Numbered from the stretch's first letter, positions 28,080-41,831 are shown. The stretch is 64,000 nt of DNA from Ostrea edulis (GCF_947568905.1 NC_079166.1:69626001-69690000); one strand, 5' to 3'. The notes: generated by a model from the letters alone, not told the origin. Numbers and translations are program-made.

Positions 28080-28540
28080 TCAAATGGATGACTACTGTAA
28101 TTAAACAAAGACTAAAAGACTAGTTTATACAGAAGTGGACACATGATATGGATAATTCGTCAAAGGGCTAACTCTATAAAAATCTTACGCTAAACTTTGG
28201 CTTCGAGAAAACATTTTGGAAACCTCTTGTTAAATTCAGAACAACAAACTAACATTTGCCCATAGAAGTAGGTAGATGGTTTAGGGAGATCCAGTAATTG
28301 ATAGAAATTCCACAGTCTGTAATACTGGTAAATTAACCGACGAATATATGTACCACTTTATCTTAGAATGTAAATCCCTATCCACTTTACGGAAAGAATA
28401 TTTGGTTTCTAGATATTGTCATGTACCAACGCAAATACACCGAAATGTATAGAATTAATGACAACATCAAATTAGACTTTATAATATTATAAAAACTATC
28501 TATATTTATTTAAAAAATCCAGAAGGTAGTTTGATGTCCT
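28080..28540 (+). mobile_element. Degenerate 3' fragment of a CR1/L2-like LINE
   Basis: Relic translation KFRTT...LPIEVGRW...C..CN.....DEY.HFILEC matches LINE ORF2 C-termini; boundaries approximate. Confidence 0.55.
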
Positions 28541-29871
28541 CCCTAATATGCATATTTATCAAATTCCCGAATCTTTTTCTATCCATTAACCACCCACCCA
28601 CCCCCCTCTTTTTGTTGTAATGGACAGATTATTATTTATATATTTGTACCCTTGGCAATATTGTTTAAATAATCATAAAATCATATTTATATACATATGC
28701 CTCATGTACCATTGTGAATGGTTTGAGTGAATGGATGAACAAGTTGATGGTATGATAGAGTGTGTGCATAATGTAAATGCACTTTAAGCTTGTCCGTGAT
28801 AACAATAGTACATAATTGTAACACTGAAGATTAAACGGAAGTGGAGTGAACACCTTACATCGAGCCGGAAACCACAGCCCTGGACATGACTGCACGACAT
28901 GTGGACTCTAGGTGTCTGTTTACAGTATCATTATTTCCTGGTTTGTCGTTTAACGTGAACAGTATCTTGCACTGTCCACTTCCATACTTTAAGATTCGGT
29001 TGATTCTTTCTAAATTCTTTACTTTTCAGTTATTTCTATAAAAAAAAAAGAAAAAAAAAAAAAGAAGAGAACTTCTGCATTGCATTTTGACTGCATATAA
29101 CGTACACGTACATCAATACTACATGTTTCTATATAAAATATTTTATATATTATTTCATTATTCTAAGTATATTAAGATATCTGAATCTATTTAGTAAATG
29201 AGAAGCGTTTTTCACATGTCATTGAGACTTTATCATATTGATGTAAACATGCTAACTCTGTTTCTACATGTGTGTAAACGGCTGTTACCAACGTTTGTAT
29301 TCATTTTGTTTATGTCAAATTAGCCACTAATCGCAAATCACGAAATCAATCAGTGTTGTTATATATAGATACACTGTACATGTACATATGCACGTAAAAC
29401 GCCAAGGTCCTGATGAAATTTAGAGGCATCTGTTATACTGTCTTTGGTACAGTGTCGATCAAAAATGTATGACAGACTTTAGGAATGATGGAATTGTATA
29501 TGCATATGTATGTTGCATTCTCGAAATCTACACGGTGAAGTTTTGATTTATCATACATGGATATATTTGAACGACTTGTTATAGTACTGCAACCCGTATA
29601 ATAAACTCCGGAATGGACAATGGTATTTATAATGGTCGGGTAAACGGGCAACGTCAACACTTTTTGTTTTAGATAAAACATGGAAAGGGTGTGTTTCCGT
29701 TAATATGGAGAATCTATCAAGTAGGCGTGAGTGAATTATTATTACATGCTAGGGATTCCAAAGCCACATCAAGCCTAAATATTGAATGTAGTTCATAAAC
29801 AAATAACAACAGATGAGAGAACAAAATATAATCTGCTATACTGTTCTCCGACTAAGATATATAATAGTATT

Positions 29872-31071
29872 TCAAAACGTTGAACGCAACTGTCCTTTTC
29901 TACAACAAATCAACAAATTAATAAGTTCACGTCGGAAAGACAAGTCAAAATAACTATAAATGAATGGATTAACAATGTTATTCAATACGAAAGCTCTCTG
30001 GAGAAATACGAGGCCGTTTAACTCTACTGCACTCCTTGAAAACCAGAACTGTGCGGGGTTGCTTCCTGGCAGCATAACCAATATAAGTGTTGGCACGTAA
30101 GCTAGAACATAAATTATGATAATCATAGCAAACATGAGTGTAAAGTTGTGTCTGGCTTGTTTCCGTCTGGTATTCTTTCTTCGGTTTAGGGAAGATACTC
30201 GGGGTTTGATTTCAGTTTCTGATGGTTTAGCACCCGTTGCACATTTCGTCGAAATCTCATTATCACTCATATCAACAGAGGCCTCTGACATCACGGACGT
30301 TTCATTATCGGGTACATTTACACACAGCCTTTGATGTGTTGGCGGCGATGCAACACTCCCAGAAATTGTTGATAAGACCGTAGAACTTGATCTTTGTTTT
30401 GAATTTTGTTGGATTATTCGGAACCTGCGATATATACTCACACCTACGGGGATGTACAACCCACAGGTGACCATCATGTTCAGCAGAGCTAGGAAAATTT
30501 CAAAACCGAAATAAGCATATTGTAACTGGTTCATCATTCCGTCACTAAAACGCAATGTACAAAGCGTGGCGTTTAGAGCTTGTCCCTTAAAAACGTACGG
30601 AACGTTCCGTCCGCCCAGAAAATATAACATGGGTAGTGACGTCACGAAGGCTATGCAAACCATGACAATTAAAGCTCTTCTTTTCCTTACAACAGTAAGT
30701 TGCGGACTCGTGGGACGGCATATCATGAGGTGACGATTTAAGGCGATTAGGAGGATAAGAAATCCGGAAACGGAAGTCGTAGTCCAGGTAAAGAAATATC
30801 CGACCTTACAAAACGTATCAAGTTGGTAATTAGCTCTGTTGAAATTCGACACGATACCAAGAATGATCCCAGCCAGGCAGGCAAAAATGTCGGAGACAGC
30901 AAGCATGGGAATGAAGTATCTTTCCTCTGTCTTTTTCATTTTGCGGGTATAAATGTATAAAACACATGAATTTCCTGTAAGTCCGAGAAAAAGATATACA
31001 GATAAAAGTCCGGTGTTAAAATGGAGGTGTTGTGTTACCTCCTTGTTAAGGTCCTCGGCTGTATAATTCAT
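29872..31071 (-). CDS. Intronless class A GPCR, paralog of 4370-5467, 399 aa
   Basis: Same motif pattern (RYFIP.L...D, FCK..YFFTW, IALNRH, AYVP, NPFIYSYFD). Confidence 0.92.
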   Translation of the reverse strand: MNYTAEDLNKEVTQHLHFNTGLLSVYLFLGLTGNSCVLYIYTRKMKKTEERYFIPMLAVSDIFACLAGIILGIVSNFNRANYQLDTFCKVGYFFTWTTTSVSGFLILLIALNRHLMICRPTSPQLTVVRKRRALIVMVCIAFVTSLPMLYFLGGRNVPYVFKGQALNATLCTLRFSDGMMNQLQYAYFGFEIFLALLNMMVTCGLYIPVGVSIYRRFRIIQQNSKQRSSSTVLSTISGSVASPPTHQRLCVNVPDNETSVMSEASVDMSDNEISTKCATGAKPSETEIKPRVSSLNRRKNTRRKQARHNFTLMFAMIIIIYVLAYVPTLILVMLPGSNPAQFWFSRSAVELNGLVFLQRAFVLNNIVNPFIYSYFDLSFRRELINLLICCRKGQLRSTF

Positions 31072-33115
31072 GACTAACTTTTAATCATCAGTCAGTGTAG
31101 ATTTCATATAATAACGCGGAATTAATTCTCTTGGTAATTACATGTAATGAATATCGACTCAATATTATGCTCTTAAAAGGATTTCACTAACGGGAAGGAT
31201 GAGCTATATTTGGTTATTACTACTCGTACATGATGTTATTGTTCAATAATGCTTAAATAATTCGTTTCAAAATTATGTGTAAATTAAAAAAAAAACTGGT
31301 GTGGATCATCTATGAAATATAAATACATGTATATGTGAAAAGTCATCTTAGCGTATCGAAAAATGCCAATCATTGTTACATTTTGTACCGATAAAATTGC
31401 AATGATACTGAAAATCATGCAATTATCAATAACAAACAACGGATACTCTTTAAAAACTTTGATTAAGACTAGTCAATAATTAAAAATATTCTGATCATTG
31501 CTTTAATTCATTTTCAAGTGAGTGTCCAAACTAAATGAACTGTTGACCGCTAATGACAACCGAATGCTATGACTTCACTTTTCCCCCTCTAAAAATTGAA
31601 GAAAAAAATACCAACCAAATTTTGAATGGTTTATCACACACTGGGCATTTTTTTCTCTCAAAATATTGGAACCTTGTTGAAAATGTCTCGTGAGATTACA
31701 ATTACGCGCACCTGTACATCCTACTGCGTATTATCACAAGTTTGAGATCATTTTTGAACTTTACACACACTGAAACTGATTTAATGTACATATATAAATT
31801 AGTGAATAGAATGATTTGACTGAAGACATTCACCAACTTTCAATTAACGCATTTGACATTTCAAACAGAAATTAGTCTGTTTTATGTTTACAACTGAAAG
31901 CGATATCATGGTTTATAATTAATATGACATGCACTTTTTAATAAGTACATGTCTGTGTTCGACAATATTCGTTAATCTGTCTTTTATCATTCGACCACAT
32001 TCCATGGAAAATAATCAATCGTAAACCTTAATTTACGAACACCACTGTGATTGGAAAGCCGGAAATGACATGGTGTGTCTTCATTTTGACTTATCGTGTT
32101 CCCGTTGTTGACCTTTGGAAAAACACATAATAGGATTTAACTAGTCGAAGTTAAATCGGTTTATCTAAGCTAAATATCAATATTAATCATTAATCTGTAT
32201 CACCGGGATAATTTCCCGCTGCCAGCTATTCTCTTTTCGGGTATAAGTGAGGTAATAAATTACCTCATGACCACCGTCGCCTTTATTTTTAATAAAAATG
32301 GGGGTAATAGTTACTGGCCTCGGCAAGCGCCTAATTATTGTCTTGAGCTGGGTTACAATGTGCCCAATAAAATCAAAGTTCAAATTGCTAATAATGTCCT
32401 GATGTTCTGAGCGAACGCTCTAACCTCTAGACCACCGCGGCGGTTGGATGTTGAATGTGACGTCATGGGGTTATAATAAATGTGTGTGTGCAGCATACTG
32501 TTATCATTGAAACTGGTTCAATCCTTTATAATGTAACGATTAAGTTCTTTATTAGTTAGAATAATCTAACCTTGTCTCGTAACACGACCTCACCACAGTT
32601 AGAATGCCCCCCCCCCCTACCCGTAATGGGAATACTTCTAGTATAACGGTCCCCAAAATATGGCGCTATATATATACGATCACGTTAGCGATAAGTAAAA
32701 TCGCCAAAACGGAAAAAAATCACAAAAATAAATCCAAATTTGAATTCCTTGCTAAAAATGAAGTTTTTAAAATCCGAAATGAAAAATAATGCAAGAAGAC
32801 GTAATTTTTTTGTTCCAAAAATGGAATCCATTGTTGAGAAAAATCGTCGAGTGCCCTTTATTATACGTAATTTTCATGAATATTTGTATGATACGACGTC
32901 ACTGGTGTTGATGTAAAGAAACTGAACAGCTGATTTGCGATGAAATGCCCCTAATTTAAAACTGAAAGCATTGTTTTTATTTGTGCTATTGTAAAAGAGA
33001 TGATTCACTGGTTAATAGGATTATCTGTTTTGATAAATTTGGACTGCAATTTGTGGCAGCCGTGACAACGGGAAATTTGGATTAAGAAAGGATTCGTCAT
33101 ATTCAAGCGACAAAT

Positions 33116-33830
33116 TTGTATGGAGATGTTCTAATAAAACCTGCAATAAAAATCTCCATCAAGTCTGGTAGCTGGTTTGAAAAGCACAAATTAACGCTGG
33201 AAAAAGTTCTGTTAATTACATATTTCTGGGTATACAAAGCTAGTGAAAGTTTCGTGAGACACGACCTTGAAATTGCAAGTCAAACTGTTGTTGATTTGTA
33301 TAATTATTCCAGAGAAGTGTGTACCTGCATTTTAGAGAAGAATTCAGAAAAAATAGGAGTGGGGAAATTTGTTGAAATTGACGAAAGTAAATTTGGGAAA
33401 GGAAAATTTCAGATGGGGCGGAAAGTTGACGGTGTTTGGGTTATTGGTGGCATTGAAAGGGAGACGAAAAGTGGTAGATCGAACACGAGAAACTGCTTGA
33501 AATAATAAAAGCCAACATACAGCCCTGTACAACAATGATTAGCGATTACTGGAAAGCTTATGATATTCTTGATAAAGAAAGGTTCGGACAGTTAAAAGTA
33601 AATCATTGTGTAAAGTTTGTACATATTGATACAGGGGCACACGCCAATACTATAGAATCTACCTGGCGTGCATTAAAAAAGTAATTACCAGTCAGTGGCA
33701 CTGTTAAATCTCTATACGATACTTATTTTAGTCAGTACTGCATCCGAAAAAGATATCTTACAGACTGCCAAGATCCATTCCTTAAATTTCTACAACTCAT
33801 TAAATCTGTATATGACCCTCGATACTCGCA
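33116..33830 (+). pseudogene. ISXO2-like DDE transposase pseudogene
   Basis: VEIDESKFGK.K...GRKVDGVWVIGGIERET and, after a frameshift, ISDYWKAY...VNH...F....TGAHANTIESTWRALK. Confidence 0.8.
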
Positions 33831-33942
33831 CCCAACCTTACTTCATCAAAGTCAAATGAATCCTTGATTGCCAAACAACGACCAGTTCTTCAACCCTCGA
33901 TCTGATTAATCCAAACAACAGCTTAGATGATTTCATGTTGTA

Positions 33943-34115
33943 TTGATTGATTGATTTGCTGTTTTCCGCCAAACTCAACAATATTTTCAGTTATCTTGTG
34001 GCGCCCAGTTTTTATTGGTGAAAGAGATAACCCAGATATATTGTACCTGGGAAGAAACCACCGACTATCCGAAAGTAAACTGGGAAATTTCCTCACTTAC
34101 ATGTACCGGCGCGAC
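33943..34115 (-). mobile_element. 5'-truncated copy of the tRNA-derived SINE
   Basis: Matches the 3' half of 3276-3545; flanked by tttcatgttgta (33931-33942) and tttcatgctgta (34116-34127). Confidence 0.8.
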
Positions 34116-34665
34116 TTTCATGCTGTAAGGTAAGGCAATTTTCAACTATATTTGTCTTGTCGGGGGCTGCCACCTTAGTATACTCAAACACCATTGGGCT
34201 TTTATTTTTATTGCACGATTTTCATTGTTCATCATCCGAGGCGAAAATGCAAATGGCGGCATATTTACATTCCGCTTAGCAACGGCAAGGGAAATAACTG
34301 TTCGTGTACTTCTAGGGACCGGTATACTAGAAACTTTCCCAAAAAATATATAATCGTAAAATGATATTGTAAATTGAACACTTTAGAATGTCACTTTCCT
34401 CGATTCAAATTGACTACCATTTTACCAGAAAGTGTCATCGTAACACCCTGCTGTTTTCGAAGAAGAAACACCCACTGCCATTCATACACGGAAAACGTAC
34501 CTTTCACAAAGAGCTTGAAAGCAGAAAGTGTACAATGTGCAGTGGGGACAGAATTGCCCTCTAGATTTGAAGACGAACAGGCAGAAATGCTGAAGAGAAA
34601 ATATTTGTTTGCCAGTGCAATCTGGTTAATGTTCTTTATTCAGTTAATGAAAGCAATTTTCACCA

Positions 34666-34775
34666 AAAGAAAGGTGAAGATAACGAACATTGATCAATCC
34701 CATAATTCATATAAGGAATACAAAACAAAGAGTTGGGCAAACATGAACCCCTGGATAGAAGAAATATCAAATCTT
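34666..34775 (-). mobile_element. Penelope-like family 3' fragment
   Basis: aaaggtgaagataacgaaca...agagttgggcaaacatgaacccctgga shared tail. Confidence 0.6.
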
Positions 34776-35129
34776 TATATCAATTCAATTTTACGTTACA
34801 ATGTTGACTTAACTTTTTTAATTTACAATGTTTATTTGAGACTATATGTTAAATTCCGTGTAAAATATTGGCGTAGTAAAGATCGTAATAACATTTCCAT
34901 AAAATATCATGGCTCCATATTTGGAACCGCTCTATAAAAAGCTGTGTGATTATGCAATGACAAATTCCGGTAGAATAAAAACTATAAACAGCAATTTTTT
35001 TCCGATTGAAACATAAATCGAGTGCAATTTTTAAATTTACTGTTGTTACATGATAGCAATATTAGACGTATTCTATCGTTTAACCGGGTCCATAGAAAAT
35101 TATAATTTTTACTAGAACATTATATGAAG

Positions 35130-35295
35130 ATATAGGGTTCACTGCAGGTGTGAATGGTCGATTGGGGATGCTTACTCCTCTTAGGTACCTGATCCCACCC
35201 CTGGTACATCAAGAGGTCTGTGTTTGCCTAACTCTCTATTTTGTATTGCTTATAGGAGTCATGAGATTGATAACTGTTCGTTAGCTCTTCCTTTC
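35130..35295 (+). mobile_element. Penelope-like family 3' fragment
   Basis: ggggatgcttactcctc..ggtacctgatcccacc...tattttgtattgcttataggag shared tail. Confidence 0.6.
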
Positions 35296-35782
35296 AAAAT
35301 TCGTATTAACACTACAAAGTTGCGATTAAGATAATTTTGGGGACAATAACTTTGCAAATTTCTAAGGATTTAGGAGGAATCCAAAAGTTTGACTGTCATT
35401 CAGACCGACCAACATAGGGCCACTTCGAACGAAATGAAGTCGAGGGTTTGAAGTTTTAAACATCGGTAAAGGAGTCGATGATGCTGACCAGATTTTAAAA
35501 AAACTTTGCTTTAGCATTGTGGTGACTATTTTGTTGTAGTTTGATCATACCGGGGCAAAAACGGTCAGTTATTGGGAAGTGCTTAGAATCCACATTTGAT
35601 TTGCCCCATTTGTAAACTGCAGTGTTCCTCCTTCACAGTAACTCATTTTGCATGAGGAGTAAAAATATGAGTTTGGTGGATGCAGCAATGTCTCTCTATT
35701 TTCAATGTTTTCTGTGAAGTTTAGGATTTCAGTATAGAAATTAGATCTTATGTTCATTCGTCCCATTGACTGGGATTTTAAA

Positions 35783-36223
35783 TGAAAGGTGAAGATAACA
35801 AACAGAGATCAGCCCCATAACTCCCACAAGCAATACAAAAGAGATACATGTAGTTGAGCAAACACGGACCCCTGGACACATCAAAGGTGGGACCAGGTGC
35901 CTAGGAGGAGTAAGCATCCCCTGTCGACCGACCACACCCGCCGAGATCCCCATATTTTGATCAGGTAAACCGAGTCATTCTTAGTCAAACTCAGTGTGCC
36001 AAGAATGGTCCAACAATCGGCATGAAACATGTCAAAAAGAATTTGATGTAATGATAGGTTGTATTGGCAAAGTATATCGCTATAACGACCATAGAATTTG
36101 CGAAATACTGGCTTTAAACGAGACTGTTGAAACCCCTGTAGCAACTTGTTTTTTTTTTCAGAAGCTTGCCTCGATTTAAAAAAACTGATTATACGCATAA
36201 CAAGCCCTTGTGTATCGAATAAG

Positions 36224-36283
<60 letters not shown>

Positions 36284-36495
36284 CCCAACTATCTATTTTG
36301 TATTGCTTATAGGAGTTATGAGATTGTTCACTGTCCGTTATCTTCACTTTTCATAGTGTATAGGGGATGATTACTCCTCCTAGGCACCTGATTCCACCTC
36401 TGGTGTGTCCAGGGGTCCGTGTTTGCCCAAATATCTATTTTGTATTGCTTGTAGGAGTTATGAGATTGATCACTGTTCGGTATCTTCACTTTGCA
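35783..36495. mobile_element. Inverted cluster of Penelope-like fragments separated by (TA)28
   Basis: Minus copy 35783-36224 (relic QGFQQSRLK..FRKFYGRY.D); (TA)n 36225-36280; two plus-strand tails at 36281-36355 and 36362-36495. Confidence 0.65.
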
Positions 36496-38079
36496 TATCA
36501 AAGTGGATTGAATTATTGTAAAACTGAGAAGAAATAATGGCAAATCTAGCATATCTGTTTTCAGATTTAGTGTATTTTAACGAGTGTGGTTTGTCTAAAC
36601 AATTTCACAAAGTCCCGAGAACCTTAAGGTTGATGGATGTTGTGCAGACTTTTAGAACACATGTTATCAAATAATCATTTGCAGTATTATTTTCATGTAA
36701 ACTAAATTGTTTTTTGTTGTTGTCGAAAATGCTGTCTTCAAAAAAAAAATATACTCTACGTATTATTTAAAGATTTAGTTATTAATCATAAATAATTGTA
36801 TGATGCAACTAGATAATTGATGTACTGTTTTTTTTTTATATTTATTATACCGCATAGCTATTCGTTGAACATTTTCTTCACTCAAAGCGACTTTGCCTGA
36901 TCGGGTGCGTGTACTGCACATGTATAATTACAAATAATATGTAAGGTAACATAGTAAATTGCGCATATAAATGCACCATGCATTGTATATGCAAGTGTGA
37001 TTAATTTTAGTTACTTTAGATATCTGGAACTCAGTCTGATTCAATTTTTCCTGTTTAATGCTAAATCATTCAATTTTGTATGATACACGCTTTTTCATTG
37101 CTTGAAAAATTATTGGAATATCTCATCCAACGAAAACAAAAAAGTCGCCGGAACTACTTTCTATTGGAATGTTGGGAATTCCTCTGGATGCTTCGTGTGT
37201 ATAGATCTGTTTATAGATAGGGAATCCTTTAAAGAAAAACTTAACAATCATATCGATCTATATAGATTTCTTCAACAAAACCAAACAAATATCAAATATA
37301 ATAATTAATTAGGCTTATGCAAAATGAAATAAACATGGCTATTTAAGGACACCTCTCCCCCCAAATAGTACACGTTTGTTTCTGCTATTCCGGGCTGAGA
37401 GTCAAATGCATTTAACCGGAGATGACAATAGTCCAGTCTTGACCTTGCGACAACTTCCTCCATGTTACAAACCCAAATGCCAGATACACCACACACTGCC
37501 TCAGAGATACTGCAATATCGCAGCCCCGGCCTTGACGATTATGGTTTCGAACTCCGACATAATATGTTTATGAGTGTGCACCGGAATGAGGTTTCCGTAC
37601 GACGTTATAACAGCTCAGACGCCTGAGGAATTACCTGATAAAACTCGAAAAACCCTCTGTAACACTCACTTGTCCACCTGGAAAACGGTGACAACCCTCA
37701 AAAGAACCTGACATTCCACATCATGATCATACACGTGTCCCACGCTTGCCGCGCAGTTAGTACCGACATCGAACCTTGTACTTAATTCCAGTTCCATTCA
37801 ACAAAATTCCAACATTTGTTTCTCAACATGACTTATATCTAACTCATCCTTTTAAAACTACATTCTTCATTCCACAAGAAACCCATTTACTCAACGGTAA
37901 ACAATAGTTCGTGTAATCCACCATTAACGGGTTTAATTGAAGTTTTTCAAGTTGTGTATTCACAAATTACTACGCCCATCTCGAAATGACATAGAATGTA
38001 GTCCAAAAGAAAATCGTTAATTCAACCCTAATCATACCATGTTTTATTATATAAACTCAATGTTTTAAAATATTAAATG

Positions 38080-38206
38080 ATAAGGAATAAATTCATTATT
38101 TTTTCGTTGGTTGGAGGTATACCACGAAAACAAAAGACCGAAAACTTTTGCATTATGCGCTACGCCCAATGATGCAATTTTCCGTCATTGTTTTATGGTA
38201 TACCTC
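38080..38206. repeat. Foldback (palindromic MITE-like) element, left part
   Basis: gaggtatacca...tggtatacctc hairpin at 38114-38206; the outer arm resumes at 52152-52190. Confidence 0.7.
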
Positions 38207-38343
38207 TGTAATGTTCTGGATTCCGCATGATTTGTTTTGTATGTTAGCATATATACTTCCATAATTAATAGTTTGTAACTGCATGGAGCGGTGTTATAAC
38301 CCTGATTTATTCGAGTGAATATACAACATATCTGGCGAAGAGG

Positions 38344-41300
38344 ATGGCCACCGGTCGTATAGGAAGACTCGATGTGTTCGATCCGGCAATCGAAACGTGG
38401 ATGACTTACGAAGAAAGGTTGGTTATTTATTTCACAGCAAACAAAGTGGACAATGACAAAAAAGTTTCCGCACTTCTGAGCCTCGTGGGGCCCAAAACGT
38501 ATGCATTATTGAAAGAATTAACAGCATCCGAAGTCTAAGACCTATCAAGAAGTCACAAAAGCATTGAAGGATCATAATGCACCGAAACCATTAGTGATTG
38601 TCGAAAGATTCAGATTTCACAAGTGTGACCAGAAGGAGGGAGAGACCGTCCGTGAGTACATTTCTGATCTTCGAAACCTAGCAAATTTTGTGAGTCTAAA
38701 GATGTTCTAAATGACACATTAAGGGACAAATTTGTGTTTGGGTTAAGAAATGAACACACTCAAAAGAATTTCTATCAGAAAAAGATCTCACATACCAAAA
38801 AGTGCTTGACATTGCTATTCCAATGGAGACAGCGATAAATGACGCTGTGGAGATACCAACGAAACACCCATCACCTACGTCCGGTATCAACAAGCTCAGC
38901 ACGTCTAAAGACAAGAAAAAAAAGTCACCAAAATAAATCTACGGCAGCCCAACAGTGTTATCAGTGCAATGGAAACCATGTCTCGGATGCCTGCGGATTT
39001 ATCAAGGAAACGTGTAGGCAGTGTGGAAAAAGGGGAAACATGCAACGAGCTTGTCGTTCAAAAACATCTGTAAAACCACCAAAAAAGAACAACAGGAAAA
39101 TATACATGAAATGGAAGTGTCAGATGATTTTGAACCAATGTTTTCACTAAGTGACATCGCTATGGGATGAGTCAAGGATGTAATTTAGATAAAGCCCCAT
39201 GTGAATGGAAAGGAATTTCCTATCGAACTGGACACAGAATCAGCAATGTCGGTTATTAACAGTGAAACCTACCGTCAAAATTTTTCAAACGTAAGGTTCT
39301 CTTAGAACGTACTCTGAAGAAGACATCAAGACACTGGGTGTGTGTTCAGTCAACGTGAAAATGGATTATCAACAACAATTAAATTTGTATGTAGTCGACA
39401 AAGGGGACCACCCTTATTTGGTTGTGAGTGAATAAGAAACTCAAACTAAACTCAAGGCATTGGAGACTAGAAAACAAAGTGTAAGGGAAGTTCCTGAGAG
39501 ATACAAAAATGCTTTACTGATGATCTGGGAATGCTGAAGGACATATCATACAAGAATACAAGTACGATTTTTTAAAAATATATTCCTTGCGCCTCAAAGT
39601 TGATCAGGGACTTGGCCGTCTTATCAAAACTGGAATCCTGAGCAAAGTAGAAAACAGTGAATTGCCTACCTGCATTGTTCCTATTCCAAAAAATGGATGA
39701 ATATGTGAGAATTTGTGGTGACTTCAAGGTCACAAATAATTCTGTCTTGGATGTAGACCAGTACCCACTGTCAAAAATTGAAGACATATTTGCAAATTTG
39801 GCAGGAGGACAAAAGTTTACAAAATTGGACTTGAAAAACGTCTTTTTACAAATGACAGTGAGGGAACAGGACATACCATACCTCACAATAAACACTCACC
39901 GTGGACTGTTCCAGTACAACAGACTCGTGTTTGGAATAGCCTCCGCCCAAGCAATATAACAAAGAGCCATGGATACAGTTTTACAAGGACTAAAGGGAGT
40001 ACTCTGCAACATAGATGATATGATAATAACCAGGAGAATGGCTGAGGGACGTCTGGAAAACTTTGATCAACTTTTGAAACGACTCGATCGCTATAGATCA
40101 AAAGCAACTGTTGCTAAGAGTGAGTTCATGAAGGACGAAATCGAATTTTGTGGCCATTTTATAGACGCAGAAGGTCTGCACAAGACATCAAAGAACATCG
40201 AGGCTGTACTGAATGCCCTATAACCAAAAAATTTGTCCGAACTCAGAGCCTTCCTGGGACTCCTGAATTACTATGGACATTTCATGGAGAACTTGGCTAC
40301 TCACTCAACACCATTGTATAACCTTCTTAAAGACAATTCTAGATTCAGAAAAAATGGTCAGAAGCATTTCAGAAAATCAACGAACTTGTGACGTCAGAAA
40401 CTTGTCCATTTTGATCCACAGAAACCCGTAACGCTAGCAACAGATGCATCACCATATAGTCTTGTAGCCGTACTGTCTCATGCGATGTCTGGTGGTTCTG
40501 AAAAGCCAATCGTCTATGCATCTAGATCTCTAAGTCAAGCGGAGAAAAAGTATGCGCAAATCGATAAAGAGGCACTAGGATTGATGTGGGGAGGAAGAAA
40601 TATCGCACATACTTGTATGGGAAAAAGGTGCATCTTAGTGACTGATCACCAGCGTCTAGTATCTATGAAAGGTGAATATAACGAACAGTGATCAATCTCA
40701 TAACTCCTATAAGCAATGTAAAATACATAGTTGGGCAAACACGGACCCCTGGACACACCAGAGGTAGAATCAGGTGCCTAGGAGGAGTAAGCATCCCCTG
40801 TTGACCGGTGAAACTAGCCGTGAGCCCTATATCCAGATCAGATAAACGGAATTATCCGTAGTCAAAATCAGTGTACCGAGAACGGCCTAACAATCGGTAT
40901 GAAGCACGTCAGACACCATTTGACTCAATGATAGGTTGTATTGACGAACTAGATCGTTATAACGTCCATATAATTTGCGAAATTTATGTTAAATCCTGCG
41001 AAAGAATGTCCTATGACTACAGGAAGACTGCAGAGGTATGCGGTCTTTTTATCTGAGTTCTAATATGATATTCGATATAAATACACAGGAAACACAGCAA
41101 CGCTGACGCAATATCAAGACTGTCAGTTCCAACTGGAAACGAAGAGTTGAATGAAGAATCATATGATGTAACTGAACTGTACATGAATCAGCAACTCGAC
41201 AGCATACCTATTAGTAGAGAGAAACTGTGAAGAACACTACTGTGACATGACTGCATCAGGATGGGCAGCATCTGCAAATAACCTGAATGAAGCTCTGAAG

Positions 41301-41831
41301 GCATTCTTTACCCGCAGAAATGAAATCTCCATTTATTAGGGATGGTTACTTCGGGGAATTCGTGTTATCATTCCTCAGAACATTCGTTCCCGTGTCTTAG
41401 AGGAACTTGACGTGGGACACCCTGGAATTGTTAAGGTGAAAACTGTCGCAAGTAGTCTAGTATGGTGGCCTGGTATTGACAAAGACCTAGAAACTCTCTT
41501 GTAAAAAACTGTAAAGGGTGTCAAAACAACCAACCCATGCCACCAGAAGCGCTTATTTATCCGTGGGAATGGCCCCAACGCGCATGACAAAGGATACACG
41601 TAGACTTTGCTGGTCCATTCCAAGGAAGTATGTTCTTAGTTGCAGTTGACCGCACAGTGGATGTAATATTTTCATGAAATATTCACTTGTTTCAGACAAC
41701 GAACCACAGATTGTGTCTGAAACCTTCGAAGACTGCATGAAGTACAACGGAATTTGTTATGTGACTTCCGCTCCGTATCACACGAGAACAAATGGACTAG
41801 CAGAGAGACTAGTCCAGACACTGAAACAGTG
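38344..41831 (+). pseudogene. gag-pol pseudogene of the outer Gypsy (gag, CCHC, protease, RT, RNase H, integrase N-part)
   Basis: FDP..E.W..YEERL gag start; ELDTES protease; VRICGDFKVT, FTKLDLKN and NIDDM RT; DASP, KPIVYASRSL and TDH RNase H; HVDFAGP and NGLAERLVQTLK integrase; many stops and frameshifts. Confidence 0.9.
40670..41005 (-). mobile_element. Penelope-like fragment inserted in the outer Gypsy RNase H
   Basis: Shared tail; Gypsy reading TDHQRLVS resumes as NPAK...MTTGRLQRYAVFL after the insert. Confidence 0.7.

Larger units (their letters stand above)
32628..34340 (+). mobile_element. Merlin/IS1595(ISXO2)-type DNA transposon relic
   Basis: Imperfect ~26-bp inverted ends (gggaatacttctagtataacggtccc vs reverse complement gggaaagtttctagtataccggtccc); internal transposase relic; TSD not resolved. 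Confidence 0.6.

Noticed and set aside
32404-32444. tRNA-like 5' fragment (ggtggtctagaggttagagcgttcgc on the minus strand)
   Set aside because: Only ~40 bp of a SINE head; no B box or body
34374-34937. 187-aa ORF
   Set aside because: TTG start, runs through a retroelement tail and has no coherent domain
35569-35766. YCEGGTL resembling a kinase hinge motif
   Set aside because: No other kinase motifs or convincing splice sites nearby
37300-37900. Slightly GC-richer segment with short ORFs
   Set aside because: No family recognised; possibly a decayed element
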